64,000 nucleotides of DNA from an uncultured Nitrososphaeraceae archaeon. Its GTDB lineage: Archaea > Thermoproteota > Nitrososphaeria > Nitrososphaerales > Nitrososphaeraceae. The DNA lies in assembly GCA_963779615.1 (NCBI GenBank), contig CAVZZA010000001.1, positions 32,001 to 96,000 on the forward strand. Direction: 5' to 3'. The position numbers were made by a program, and so were the translations under genes. Numbering within the stretch: position 1 is the stretch's first letter; each line of letters starts with the position of its first letter. Below the pieces are notes generated by a model. It searched no databases. It was not told where the DNA came from and was given only the letters and a program-made list of their open reading frames with translations. Positions 19,557 through 30,748 of this stretch are shown piece by piece.

Positions 19557-22508
19557 TTGGAGAAAAAAATGTTGGAGAACTACAACAAGAAAAGAAATTT
19601 CAAATCAACTCCAGAGCCCTCTGGAACTAGCAGCACAAGTAAGGATTCGCCGCAGAATAACAAATCCGATTTCGGCAAGGCACGGTTTGTGATTCAAAAG
19701 CACGACGCCACTCGACTGCATTATGATTTCAGATTAGAGTCAAAAAAAAATAATGTACTGATATCATGGGCAGTACCCAAGGGGCCATCCACCAATTCAA
19801 AAGTAAAGAGACTGGCAATATTAACAGAGGACCATCCCACCAGCTACTTACTTTTTGAAGGCGTCATTCCTGAAGGGAATTACGGAGCTGGTTCTGTTAT
19901 AGTATGGGACACAGGAACATACTCATTGGAGGTAACTGATGGGAGAGATAGAGAGGAGGAAGATTTAGCAGATCAATTGGAAAGGGGAAAAATAAATTTT
20001 GCCTTATTTGGCCAAAAATTAAAGGGCAGGTTTTCAATAATTAAAACCACAAGAGAAAACCAATGGCTTTTAATTAAAGTAAATGATAAGCTGCCCTTTT
20101 CTCAAAACAGTCAACAAGAAGAAAATGAAACAGATTTGACCAAAAGCAGGCCAGAATCGGTTCTGAGTGGACTAACAAACGATGAGGTAAAAGGGTCAAG
20201 TGCATCCAGATCAAGTAGAGAACTAAATGACAATAGTAAAAACAATGCAGAATTAAAAAAGGATATTGAGACCAATACTAATAATGGAGATGCTATTAAC
20301 AATCACAGACCAACAATTGGCGGTGCAACTACTAATTCACTTTCCATGCATTCCTCTTTACATAACCAGGAGTTTTCAACCAATGTTGTTCATCCCATGC
20401 TAGCAACCTTAGTCGACAGGCCACCATTTAACAGCAAAGATTGGGTTTTTGAAATCAAATGGGACGGTGTAAGGTCTGTTTCATTTATTCACACCTTCAG
20501 AGAGGTATTTAAAATTCAATCAAGAAATGGAAAAACAATCACCCATAGATATCCGGAATTGGAGGAACCGCTAAAATCATCAATAAAGGAATATCAAAGT
20601 GTTGTTTTTGATGGAGAAATAGTCGTTTTAAATAAAAATGGCTATCCAGATTTTCAAAGTCATCAAAAAAGAATGAATGTTGATTTAAAGAGGGATGTTG
20701 AATCGCTGTCAAGGCAATTTCCAGCAACCTATTTCATTTTTGACATCCTTTATCTTGACGGATATGACCTGAAAACACTTCCCCTGATAGAAAGAAGGAA
20801 AATATTGGATAATTTAATAAGTAACAATAAAAGCAATCAGAGGATAAAAATATCAGAGTTTATCGAGGGTGAAGGTAACGATATCTTTGAAAGTATTAAA
20901 AGGATGAATCTGGAGGGAATGGTTGTCAAACACAAACTTAGCAGATACTATCTGGGTATCGAATCCAGTGAATGGCTAAAGATAAAGAACACCAAATCAC
21001 AGGATTGTGTAGTAATAGGATATACAAGAGGGGAAGGCAATAGAGAAAAATACTTTGGCTCCCTGCTTCTAGCGGCAAGGAGTAGCAATAAATCAGCTAA
21101 TTACAATAAATTCAAGTTTGTAGGTCATTGTGGAAGTGGTTTTAATTCTAAACAAGTTCCAATTATATACAACAATCTTAAAAATATCAAAACAGAAAAA
21201 TGCCCTATAGACTATGTGCCTTACACAAATAGAGAAACCACGTGGGTCAAACCTGCCCTTGTAGCAGAAATAAAATATGATGATTGGACAAGCGAGAAAA
21301 TCATGAGAGCACCAATATTTTTAAGATTTAGGGAGGACAAAAATCCACAAGACTGTGCCATAGAGGAAAACGAAAAAACAGTATTAGGTAATGTCATGGC
21401 CTCTGAAAAGAAAACTAGCGAAAATAAAAAAACCGAAATTCAACTGACTAAAATCAAAGACAAAGATGGTTCCAACTTCAAAGACAGAGTTTTTAACCAG
21501 ACAGTAAAACCACCTGCTCCCAAGACCTATTGCAGTTTCTCCAATCTGGACAAAATATATTGGGGTAAGACTAAAAACCATTCTTCAATCACGAAGGGAG
21601 ATTTGATTGAGTATTATGACCAAATCAGCTCGCTTATTCTTCCATACCTTAAAGATAGGCCGCTATCGCTAAATAGGTATCCAGATGGAATTGGCGGAAA
21701 GTCATTCTACCACAAAAACTGGCAAAACGAAAAACCAGAATATGTGCAAACCATTAAGGTGTATTCAAAATCAAAGGGCGAGGACATTAACTATCTTTTA
21801 TGCAATAACAAAGAAACTTTGTTGTGGCTTGCCAATCTTGGATGCATAGAAATGCATCCTTGGTACAGCAGAGTAAATAATCATTGTCTAAAAGACAGTA
21901 AAGACAGTTTTGATTCAGGCAATTGCGGATTAGATCATCCTGATTTTATAGTCTTTGACTTGGATCCCTACATTTATTCGGGTAATGAAAGCAAACATCA
22001 AGAACCCGAATATAATCTGATAGCATTTAAAGCAACAGTAGAGATAGCTTGTTGTTTAAAAGAGATCTTTGACAAATTAAATATAAAATCATTTGTAAAG
22101 ACCTCAGGAAAGACCGGACTCCACATATTTATTCCAATAGTCAATTTATACACATATGAGCAAACCAGATCTTTTGCTCAGGTTATAGGTAGGGTTTTAG
22201 CAAAGCGCTTGCCAGGCAAAATTACAACGGCATGGAATACTTTATATCGAAAAGGGAAAGTGTTCTTTGATTATAATCAAAACGCCCAAGGAAAAACAAT
22301 AGCTTCCATCTTCTCTCCAAGGCCTGTTGAGTCAGCCACTGTGTCCATGCCGCTAGAGTGGAATGATTTGTCACAGATAATCCCTACAGATTTTACTATC
22401 GCCAACGTAGTAGATATCTCTAAAAAAACAAAAGATCCATGGAAAAATGCTCTCACTGAAAAACAAGACCTTGTTAAAATCCTTGACAACATATCACAAA
22501 TCCCATAA
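19557..22508 (+). CDS. ligD: NHEJ DNA ligase D (phosphoesterase-ligase-polymerase fusion)
   Basis: PE: QKHDATRLHYDFRLE, SWAVPKGPS, EDHP. Ligase: EIKWDG, DGEIV, FDILY, EG.VVK, WLKIK. Pol: RYPDG, FDLDP, KTSGKTGLH, DYNQN. Confidence 0.96.
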   Translation: MEKKMLENYNKKRNFKSTPEPSGTSSTSKDSPQNNKSDFGKARFVIQKHDATRLHYDFRLESKKNNVLISWAVPKGPSTNSKVKRLAILTEDHPTSYLLFEGVIPEGNYGAGSVIVWDTGTYSLEVTDGRDREEEDLADQLERGKINFALFGQKLKGRFSIIKTTRENQWLLIKVNDKLPFSQNSQQEENETDLTKSRPESVLSGLTNDEVKGSSASRSSRELNDNSKNNAELKKDIETNTNNGDAINNHRPTIGGATTNSLSMHSSLHNQEFSTNVVHPMLATLVDRPPFNSKDWVFEIKWDGVRSVSFIHTFREVFKIQSRNGKTITHRYPELEEPLKSSIKEYQSVVFDGEIVVLNKNGYPDFQSHQKRMNVDLKRDVESLSRQFPATYFIFDILYLDGYDLKTLPLIERRKILDNLISNNKSNQRIKISEFIEGEGNDIFESIKRMNLEGMVVKHKLSRYYLGIESSEWLKIKNTKSQDCVVIGYTRGEGNREKYFGSLLLAARSSNKSANYNKFKFVGHCGSGFNSKQVPIIYNNLKNIKTEKCPIDYVPYTNRETTWVKPALVAEIKYDDWTSEKIMRAPIFLRFREDKNPQDCAIEENEKTVLGNVMASEKKTSENKKTEIQLTKIKDKDGSNFKDRVFNQTVKPPAPKTYCSFSNLDKIYWGKTKNHSSITKGDLIEYYDQISSLILPYLKDRPLSLNRYPDGIGGKSFYHKNWQNEKPEYVQTIKVYSKSKGEDINYLLCNNKETLLWLANLGCIEMHPWYSRVNNHCLKDSKDSFDSGNCGLDHPDFIVFDLDPYIYSGNESKHQEPEYNLIAFKATVEIACCLKEIFDKLNIKSFVKTSGKTGLHIFIPIVNLYTYEQTRSFAQVIGRVLAKRLPGKITTAWNTLYRKGKVFFDYNQNAQGKTIASIFSPRPVESATVSMPLEWNDLSQIIPTDFTIANVVDISKKTKDPWKNALTEKQDLVKILDNISQIP

Positions 22509-22576
22509 AATAAAACTTTAACATACAAAGTCAAATTATTGCAAATCAAAAGAATCTCCACGCTATAAAAAATATT

Positions 22577-23443
22577 TTATTTTATGTTATTGGCAGTTTT
22601 ACTTTTAGAAACGCTCGCCCTCAAAGCTTCAAGAAGGTTGTCCCCTAAACCAGCCTCTTCCTCCTTTTCGTCAGAAGTGTATGTTTTTCCTTGCGACTTT
22701 GCAGATATTAGATCACCTAATTGTTTTGCATAATCATCAGAATACTGACTCGCATCAAATTCTTTGTTTGTCAAATTGTCAACCAAAGTTTTACCAAGCT
22801 CAATCTCCCTCTTATCCACTGGGGGAGAGGGAATCGAATTTTCGGTGCCTGGCATTCCCTCAATCTCGTCTATGGGTTTTATTTCTTCCTGATACATTAA
22901 TTGATGCATGATCAGGCCTTTCTGATATGATCGCAATGCAACAAGGTGTTCCTTATCTTTTAACACAACCTTGCCTATTGCTATCTTGTCCGTATCTTTA
23001 AGAGTGTTTACAAACAAGTTATATGCCTTGGTTGAAGTAGAATTGTTACTTCTTTTTTTACCCTTGCTATTTCTATGACTGTCGTTACCGACATCGGGTG
23101 CAACGTAATAGCTTTTTTCCACCAAGATGGGGTCAAACTCTTTTGCTTCAATAAATTCTTTGATGTCTATTGTTTTTGTGGTTTTTACCTTGATTTTTTC
23201 CAAATCCTCTTTTTCAATTAAAACATATGTGTCTTCGGATATTTCATAACCCTTTTTAATTTCAGAAAAAGGTATTTCCCTCTCTTCAACAGGACACCAT
23301 TTCTTATATTGAATTTTATGTCCTTCCCTATCTAATTGGTTGAATGAAAATTCATTATTATAGTCCGTTGTGGTATACAACTTAATAGGAATATTCACCA
23401 GCCCAAAGGATATACTCCCTTTCCATATACTTCTGCCACTCAT
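22577..23443 (-). CDS. ku: NHEJ Ku protein
   Basis: 'RSIWKGSISFGLVNIPIKLY', 'KGYE', 'YY.AP', 'AIGKVVL', 'L.EALRAS'; start placed at MSGRSIW. Confidence 0.95.
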   Translation of the reverse strand: MSGRSIWKGSISFGLVNIPIKLYTTTDYNNEFSFNQLDREGHKIQYKKWCPVEEREIPFSEIKKGYEISEDTYVLIEKEDLEKIKVKTTKTIDIKEFIEAKEFDPILVEKSYYVAPDVGNDSHRNSKGKKRSNNSTSTKAYNLFVNTLKDTDKIAIGKVVLKDKEHLVALRSYQKGLIMHQLMYQEEIKPIDEIEGMPGTENSIPSPPVDKREIELGKTLVDNLTNKEFDASQYSDDYAKQLGDLISAKSQGKTYTSDEKEEEAGLGDNLLEALRASVSKSKTANNIK

Positions 23444-24524
23444 ATGAACATAAACCCACAATTTTGTTAAAAAAAAAATATATGTATACCACATGTAAAA
23501 AAAAATTACTATTTACTTTAAATAATTTATAGTGAACATCAAGTCCAAATTCACCATTCAATACATTATTAAAATATTGAGAATCCGATTAGCCCAATAA
23601 AGGGGCTTTTAGTTATTCGGATTCTATTCAACCACACAAAAGAACAAATCGTCAAAACAAAAATATTTTATGCAAAAATCTAAAATCACCATTTTTACAA
23701 TTCAATAACTTGTCAAGCTCAGCAAATTGAATAGAGTAGAATTAAAAAATGCATCAAAGGTTGTAAACTTTATACCCCACATTCAACTATCCAGAAAATT
23801 TACCTTGTAAAAGGGAAATGGATAAACTATCAATCTTAATCAAAACAATAATTTCTTAGACAACAACTTAATTCTAAAGTTAAAAAAACAACGAGGTTTT
23901 TGTAATGTTCCATCAAAATCAAACTATGTTTGGCATGTTCACTGGAGGCTCTATCAAGGCATAGGTTTAAAGCTTTTGGGGTTATTGACTCTTCATCGCG
24001 ATTTATCATAAACTGGGAAAGAAATTATAAATATTGAGACATATTTGTATCATAATGACAAATTTTTCAGATTAAGTTTAAAAAGTTTTCCCACGAATTG
24101 TCACTAGATGGGAGACTTGGCCAATTCTGATAACCTATCCAACATTCCCATTTTCTTTATATTATTGTTAAACACCATATCGACAAATGGTTTTTTAAAT
24201 GGCGTTTCAATTGCATACAGGATGGAATTTGGTACTACAAGAGTACTAACCAAAGAGGAAGCAAATATCAATCAATTACCTTAATCTTGTTGCTAAGATG
24301 AGTAAAAAACCTATTACTATAAATATAATCAAGAAGTAAAAGGAATATCGTCATGAACATTTTCTTTATTAAAGTCAATGAATATAACTTCTTTACACAT
24401 TATTTGCAAAAAAATGCTTTTCTGCAAGGCCTACAATTAAGGATTACTAAAAAATAGAAGCAACAAGGTAGTGAATAAAATAATCTATTATAATACCCAC
24501 AGTAAGAAGAGTTGACCTTAGACA

Positions 24525-24833
24525 ATGCTATCCCATCCTAAATCCAATTCAATGTCATATCAAAATAAAGTTTGTAAAAATCTTTGCAAGATTCAAAATA
24601 CATACGAAACACTCAAAATTCGCAAATGGAGAGACGAATACCATAGATGGTGCCAGGAATGCGAAATCCTGTTTATTAATTGTGATAATTCCATTTGTAT
24701 TTGTTGTGGCAAGAGGTTAAAGTATAAGATAGGTACTGCTTTAGAAATTCAAAAAGAAAAAACTAAAAGGAATTATACAAAACAAAAGGAGTGGAGAAAT
24801 AAAAATAATAACGCTCAAGCAGATTCCAAATAG
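24525..24833 (+). CDS. small Cys-rich (Zn-ribbon-like) basic protein
   Basis: CxxxC, CQEC and CICCG..L pattern. Confidence 0.55.
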   Translation: MLSHPKSNSMSYQNKVCKNLCKIQNTYETLKIRKWRDEYHRWCQECEILFINCDNSICICCGKRLKYKIGTALEIQKEKTKRNYTKQKEWRNKNNNAQADSK

Positions 24834-25577
24834 AAGCAGATTAGCAACAGAAAATAAAAAATAAAACCTATAAAATATAATACTTGCATTCTTTTGAGGG
24901 AAAACGAGTTCCTCGCATAAAGATTAATATAAAAGGTAGATTGAAACTACAACAATAAAAATATCTCAAAAAAATTAAAAGAAACTTTTTAAACATATCA
25001 AGCCTATATCAAGTTAAAGGCAATTTAAAAATATAATTAAACTTTTACAAATGGACTCTAGCACAAGAAATTTAAATGTTATACATGCTATGTTTTTTAA
25101 CAACAATATCAAGCATGTCCACAATAAAGAAAAGACATTATATTCAAACCATATCAAAGATATAAAAAGATTTGAGGTTTAAAGAACAACTACTACTATT
25201 TCCTCAATAGATTCACGGTAAAGTAACAAAAATTTAGCATTGGAAAAATAAAGTGGTTAGCAAGGTTATGAATTACCGGATTATTGTCATTATTATCGGA
25301 AAAGAGGATCCACTGGGTTTAAGAAGACTATTGATACTCAAATAAAGCAAATATTAATTCGGCTTCAAGTAATGATACACACCATTATCTAAATTCACGT
25401 TTGCAATACAATGATATGAATATACAAATCATATCAGACTATCGCAAATAACAAGTTTTGGGGTCAAATTTTAAATATTTATATGATTATACAATTAATT
25501 ATAATAATATCATTGTTTCTTTTATAAAACAATATAATTGTTATGCTTAAATAGTTGATTAATTAAAATTTGGTAAG

Positions 25578-25718
25578 ATGAGTAACAAGAAAAATGACAA
25601 AACTGTCAAAAATGACAAAAGGGGATTAGCCTCAGCAAATGAGGAAACTAAAAAAAGAGTTGCTAGCGAAGGCGGGAAGGCATCACATAAGAATGACAAT
25701 AAAGGCAAGAAAAAATAA
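25578..25718 (+). CDS. KGG-motif stress-induced protein (YciG/GsiB/Con-10-like), 46 aa, not in the ORF track
   Basis: MSNKKNDKTVKNDKRGLASANEETKKRVASEGGKASHK...; followed by T-rich terminator-like tracts. Confidence 0.8.
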   Translation: MSNKKNDKTVKNDKRGLASANEETKKRVASEGGKASHKNDNKGKKK

Positions 25719-25905
25719 ACAATAATCTTTTTTTCATTTTTTCATTTTTTTATTTACCATGTTTTTAAGTAAGGCTCTACTAATGTTAATAACCTTTGTG
25801 AAAGGTTATGAATAGATTACAAACAAACCCATATTTTTAATTATTAATATGATTAAGACCGAATATGAGATCATATTAATAGCTTTTGTTCAGTAGTTAT
25901 TTTCA

Positions 25906-26057
25906 ATGAGCAATTCCTCTCAGGAAAAGAATAAGAAAAATTACGATTTAGAACAATCACAAAACAATCCAATGAAGTAGGTAATGCAGAAAATAATCCT
26001 GAAACGGAAGGTCCATCAGAAAGTCTCAGAGAAGAGGCACTTGAAAACAACAAATAA
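25906..26057 (+). pseudogene. small acidic hydrophilic protein, apparently frameshifted
   Basis: MSNSSQEKNKKNYDLEQ... stops at 25980; another frame continues as EVGNAENNPETEGPSESLREEALENNK*. Confidence 0.35.
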
Positions 26058-26579
26058 TGAAAGTGACCAGAAAGAACCAGCATAAATCCCTTATTTTTGT
26101 TTTTATTTTATTATATAAATTAGATTTATTGAATTGTATAGAGACCTAATACGGTGTTCATCCGATAGGGAATTAAACTCAAAAATGAATATGGTAACTA
26201 TTTCACAACCACAACATTGATGATTATCTTTGCATGTTTACCATTATTAAATAACTAAATTCTTTCATACAACAAACACAACTCCAAAACATTATAGAGA
26301 TTTTATATGAAACTATTGGTGGTATACAGTATTTTCATAAAATCTAATTTTGTAGAGACCTGTTGTTTTCTGTTAGGCACAAATTATACACAAATGGTGA
26401 ATAAATAATAGTTAACAACATAACAAAAATATAAAAAAGCCAAAATTGCTCTTCTGCACTATCAACCATTTTTGGAAGCCAGATAACTCACACTGCTGCT
26501 TATTTTCCTAATTGCAAAATCTCATCATCTCATTTTACTATAGTCATTTTATTTAAATCATGTTAAACAAAACAAACAG

Positions 26580-27095
26580 ATGTCAAAGTCATCATCAAAA
26601 CCGTCTAAAGAAGACCAAAAGAATTTGGGGAAAAAACTGGGGGAGGTTTTAGGCCTTGAGAGAGCAGCCCAAAAAGCAGTAGAGGAATTAAACTCTATGA
26701 AATTATTGGATTCAGGTGCAAAAAAACAAATATTAGGTATGAAAGAAGAAGCAGGTACTCATGAAGAAAAGATTGAGCAATTGATTTTGGACATTTCTGA
26801 AGAAAATGAAGATTTGAAAATAGACCAAGACAGTATAGAAGAGACTGCGAAAGAAACAGAAAAGAAAGCGGTCAAAATGATGAAAACATACTTGGGAGAG
26901 GATCCCGACTCATCAGAAGCAATAGAATTTCTAGCTCTAGCTGAGGGCGGAGAAGTGATTCATTATGAAGTTTTACATGCCATAAGCAAAAACTTCAAAG
27001 GTAAAGAATTAACAAATACAATAAATTCCATTTTAAAAGAAGAACAAAAACATTTACAGCTTTGTATAGATTTAGCAAAAGAAAGCGTTTCTTAA
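26580..27095 (+). CDS. ferritin-like (YciF/DUF892-like) diiron four-helix protein
   Basis: E (GLE), ExxH (EAGTH), E (LAE...IHY) and ExxH (EEQKH) spacing. Confidence 0.75.
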   Translation: MSKSSSKPSKEDQKNLGKKLGEVLGLERAAQKAVEELNSMKLLDSGAKKQILGMKEEAGTHEEKIEQLILDISEENEDLKIDQDSIEETAKETEKKAVKMMKTYLGEDPDSSEAIEFLALAEGGEVIHYEVLHAISKNFKGKELTNTINSILKEEQKHLQLCIDLAKESVS

Positions 27096-27836
27096 CCCCC
27101 TAACTCTTTTATTTTAATAGAGGATGAAAACGATATTGGCTTTAAAGAACAAATCCCATTTTTAAGTTACAGATGTAGTTGCCAGGTTTGATTAATTTTC
27201 ATCTTTAAATCAATTTGTGCGAGATAAACAGAAAAAACAATATGTTAACTTTCAATGCTTGAATAATAAAATAAACTACTAATTCCATTAAATTTAAAAA
27301 CATTAGGTAAATGAATCTAGCGACACAAAAATACCTCAATATATAGAAATGCATGCAGGGGCATTTGTAATAGGATACCGAGAATTTACTGGCGAATCTT
27401 TAAGTTTTTGTTTGGTAGTAGGAAATTAAGAAAAAAAGAATGAAAATCGAATTTTCAAATGTATATGTATATTGACGAATCGATTGATTTAAATTATGCA
27501 TTTGTTGGCATACAGTCTCGACAAAATGTTTGCCTATTTGATACAAATGAAATTCAGCCACATGTTTAATTAAAAAAAACAGTTAAAACAAACTTGTAGT
27601 TAAGGAAAAGCATAGTCTTCGTTACAATGCATCAAGATTGAGATTTCATTCCACCTTTACCAAAATAAGCTCTTAAGTAACCAACATTAATTAAGATTAC
27701 TGATAGTGATATTAAATCAAATGAGAATCCTTATAAAATAAATAGAAAAGCCGGGATTTTAATATGTATGTTACCAAATAAATGACTTTTCTTAAATAAG
27801 GACTTTATATATAATTGTTGATATATTATTACAAAT

Positions 27837-29552
27837 GTGAATAATGATACATTTTGTGGTCGGGACTACCATGAAAAAACAAAGCATTCAGAAATCAGTG
27901 TAATGACCTCAGGACATTATTTGGATTGGAATAACCGGCCAAGCCCCTTTAAAATATATACAGAATTACCAACAATACCTCTTCCACTAGATTTTTCCAT
28001 GCCATCTATGAATTCAATATTGGCAATTAGCAGGTTATACCCCCAACTCGAACAATCTGAAGACTATGATAATAATGTTGACACTAATGTACAGATCTCT
28101 AAAGATATTGACTATACCAATACCAATACCAATACCTTATCTTTACAAGATCTATCCACTATTCTATTCTTTTCAGGGGGTATTACTCGGGAGATAAAAC
28201 ACGATGGTGTTACCTTTTATATGCGAGCTGCATCCGCTACAGGAGCGCTCTATCCAATTGAAATGTATATAGTTTGCAAAGATATTTCTCCAAATTTAAA
28301 AGCAGGAATATATCACTTTAATCCAGCTGAATTCAGCCTCACAAATATTCGCAAAGGCGACCACAGATCATTATTGGCATCAATGGCTGGAGATAATCAA
28401 CACATACTAAAATCCCCTGTTACAATAATATTCACATCATACGCATGGAGAAATGCGTGGAAATATCAAGAGCGTTCTTTTAGGCATTGGTTTTGGGATT
28501 CGGGAGTCATAGCATCCAATCTTCTTGCAACAACAATATCAATGGATATCCATACAAAGATAATTATGGGTTTTATTGATGACAAGGTTAACCATCTTTT
28601 AGCTTTAGAAAAAGAGAAAGAAGCATCAATAGCAATGGCAGCTTTAGATATTGAATCAAGCCAGAACTTTTCTGCAAATGAAAATAACGATACAGAAAAA
28701 GAGCAGATTCCATCTTTATCTTTGAAAATTGATCCCCTGTCAAGAAAGGAAATACAATATCCAGAAATATGGAAAACATATAATTGCTCAAAACTCCATA
28801 GTGGGGACGAAGTAAAAGAATGGGTAAATTCCGGGATATCCCAGACATCGGGTTTTATTTCGTTCAAGGAAGATTTAGCACCATCCAAAGAAAAAATATT
28901 GAGAAGACGCGACTTATCAAATGACTATAGACTTTTTGATATTCCAAGTATCGGAGAAACAATATTAAGACGGGGTTCGACCCGCAGATTTTCTAAATCC
29001 TCGATTTCATTTTCGACTCTTTCAAGTATAATATACAATTCAACCAGAGGAATACCAACAGATTTCAACAAAGATACAGAAACATTGATAGACATTTATT
29101 TGATCGCTAATGATGTCGAAGGGTTAGATAAAGGTGGATATTTCTATAACCATGTTCATAATTCACTAGACCACATAAAAGACAAAGTATCAAGGGATTT
29201 ATCGGGTTATTTATGTCTAAATCAATCTCTTTTCAGCGATGCAAGTGTGGTTATATTCATAATGACTAATCTGAACAAAATTTTCAAAACTTTAGGCAAT
29301 AGAGGATACAGAGCAGCTCAATTTGAAGCAGGAATTATTGCAGGAAAAATATACCTTTCATCTTATGCTCACGGTATGGGTGCATCTGGCTCTACATTTT
29401 ATGATGATGCGGTAACAGAATTCTTTTTACCCCATTCAAAGGACAAAGATACAATGATAGCAATAGGTATAGGGATTCCGGCATATAAAGCACGCCCTGG
29501 AAAAATACCGTTAGGAAGAATCACAAGAGAACAGTTGATGAGAGACAAATAA
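27837..29552 (+). CDS. SagB/ThcOx-like tandem nitroreductase
   Basis: 'YHEKTKH', 'RAASATGALYP.E.Y', 'RNAWKY', 'RRGSTRRF', 'RGYRAAQFEAG'. Confidence 0.9.
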   Translation: MNNDTFCGRDYHEKTKHSEISVMTSGHYLDWNNRPSPFKIYTELPTIPLPLDFSMPSMNSILAISRLYPQLEQSEDYDNNVDTNVQISKDIDYTNTNTNTLSLQDLSTILFFSGGITREIKHDGVTFYMRAASATGALYPIEMYIVCKDISPNLKAGIYHFNPAEFSLTNIRKGDHRSLLASMAGDNQHILKSPVTIIFTSYAWRNAWKYQERSFRHWFWDSGVIASNLLATTISMDIHTKIIMGFIDDKVNHLLALEKEKEASIAMAALDIESSQNFSANENNDTEKEQIPSLSLKIDPLSRKEIQYPEIWKTYNCSKLHSGDEVKEWVNSGISQTSGFISFKEDLAPSKEKILRRRDLSNDYRLFDIPSIGETILRRGSTRRFSKSSISFSTLSSIIYNSTRGIPTDFNKDTETLIDIYLIANDVEGLDKGGYFYNHVHNSLDHIKDKVSRDLSGYLCLNQSLFSDASVVIFIMTNLNKIFKTLGNRGYRAAQFEAGIIAGKIYLSSYAHGMGASGSTFYDDAVTEFFLPHSKDKDTMIAIGIGIPAYKARPGKIPLGRITREQLMRDK

Positions 29553-30342
29553 CACAGCATAATAGTTAATTGATTAGTTTTTAGGTAACCATAATTTCAT
29601 AATATTTATCACAGGCATACTACCGAATAACAATCTGAATGTTAAAAAATATAAAAAATACGTTAGATTTTATCGATTTTTCTTTTTGCCTTCTATTTAA
29701 TACTTGTTATTGTATCAGAAGGTAAAAATTTTAAAATGAATTTACACATCAACGCCAAAAAATGTTATTACCACACATGCAACAACAATTTGAATTTTTC
29801 CTCGTATTAGCAATTTCGTCTTTTTTACCACAGAATTTCCTAATCGCTGTATTTTTGTGTCTGTTGCAGGTATAATGGTAATTTTTTGCCACTGCATGTT
29901 TTTTAATTTACATAATATAACTGAAGATGCAATAAAATTTGGCAAAACATGGTTCTATCAGTTATTGATTCCACTGTTTGAAACAAAGAACCCCATTGCA
30001 TCCAAAATAGCGAAAAGGAATACCACAGTGACAACTAGTTTCGGAAATATCAGCAGAAATAACGACGACAACAACCACATCGATTAAGAAAAATTTTATG
30101 GCGCTAGATGCAAATTGTTATGTAATGAATCATATTTCATAAATAGAGTAACACATATAAAAACCACAAAATTTTTTGAACACTGTTGGAATAGTAATTC
30201 AAATTCATCAAATTTTAAAAATTCAATAATACACAGTTATTACAATGACTGAATGAGATATACACGCCATTAAGGCAATAAAGAATTTCCCACATATTAT
30301 AAGTTACCATAAATTTAAATATTTTTGATACAAGAAAAAATT

Positions 30343-30537
30343 ATGGTAAGACTAGTAAGAAAAGAAGATAAGGGCCCATTGGAAGTAAAAGTAGGAAATG
30401 TTAGTAAATGGATATGCATGTGTGGACTGAGCAAAAACCCACCTTTCTGTGATGGAAGTCATAAAAAAACAGCTGATGAAGAAGAAGGAAAAGTATATCA
30501 ATACAATCCCGATGGAACCAGAACAGAATTGCAATAA
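30343..30537 (+). CDS. CDGSH iron-sulfur protein
   Basis: CMCGLSKNPPFCDGSH signature. Confidence 0.92.
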   Translation: MVRLVRKEDKGPLEVKVGNVSKWICMCGLSKNPPFCDGSHKKTADEEEGKVYQYNPDGTRTELQ

Positions 30538-30748
30538 GCGAATATCCATAACTTCTGCAAATATCCCAAACCTCATTTATCAAAATTGGAAAATTTTATT
30601 GCATATTATTAAGAGTGATTTGTAGGCATGATGACAAGAAATGAATTTATCGGATTCTAACATTATTTAGTTTTCACAATCAAATCAGATTTTCTATTAC
30701 TTTAGTTTAAGCTATTTAAATTAAAAATTACAACTGTTGGCTCTGTTA

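Noticed and set aside
23444-23494. N-terminal extension of Ku given in the ORF track
   Set aside because: Reads through a poly-T promoter-like tract; Ku homology starts at MSGRSIWKG.
25030-25410. Possible universal stress protein relic (IG/KRGSTGFKK-like fragment)
   Set aside because: Only one short motif across broken frames; cannot be supported without alignment.
27837-29552. RiPP (azole) biosynthetic cluster around the SagB-like gene
   Set aside because: No YcaO/cyclodehydratase, transporter or Cys/Ser-rich precursor nearby; stand-alone tandem nitroreductases are common.
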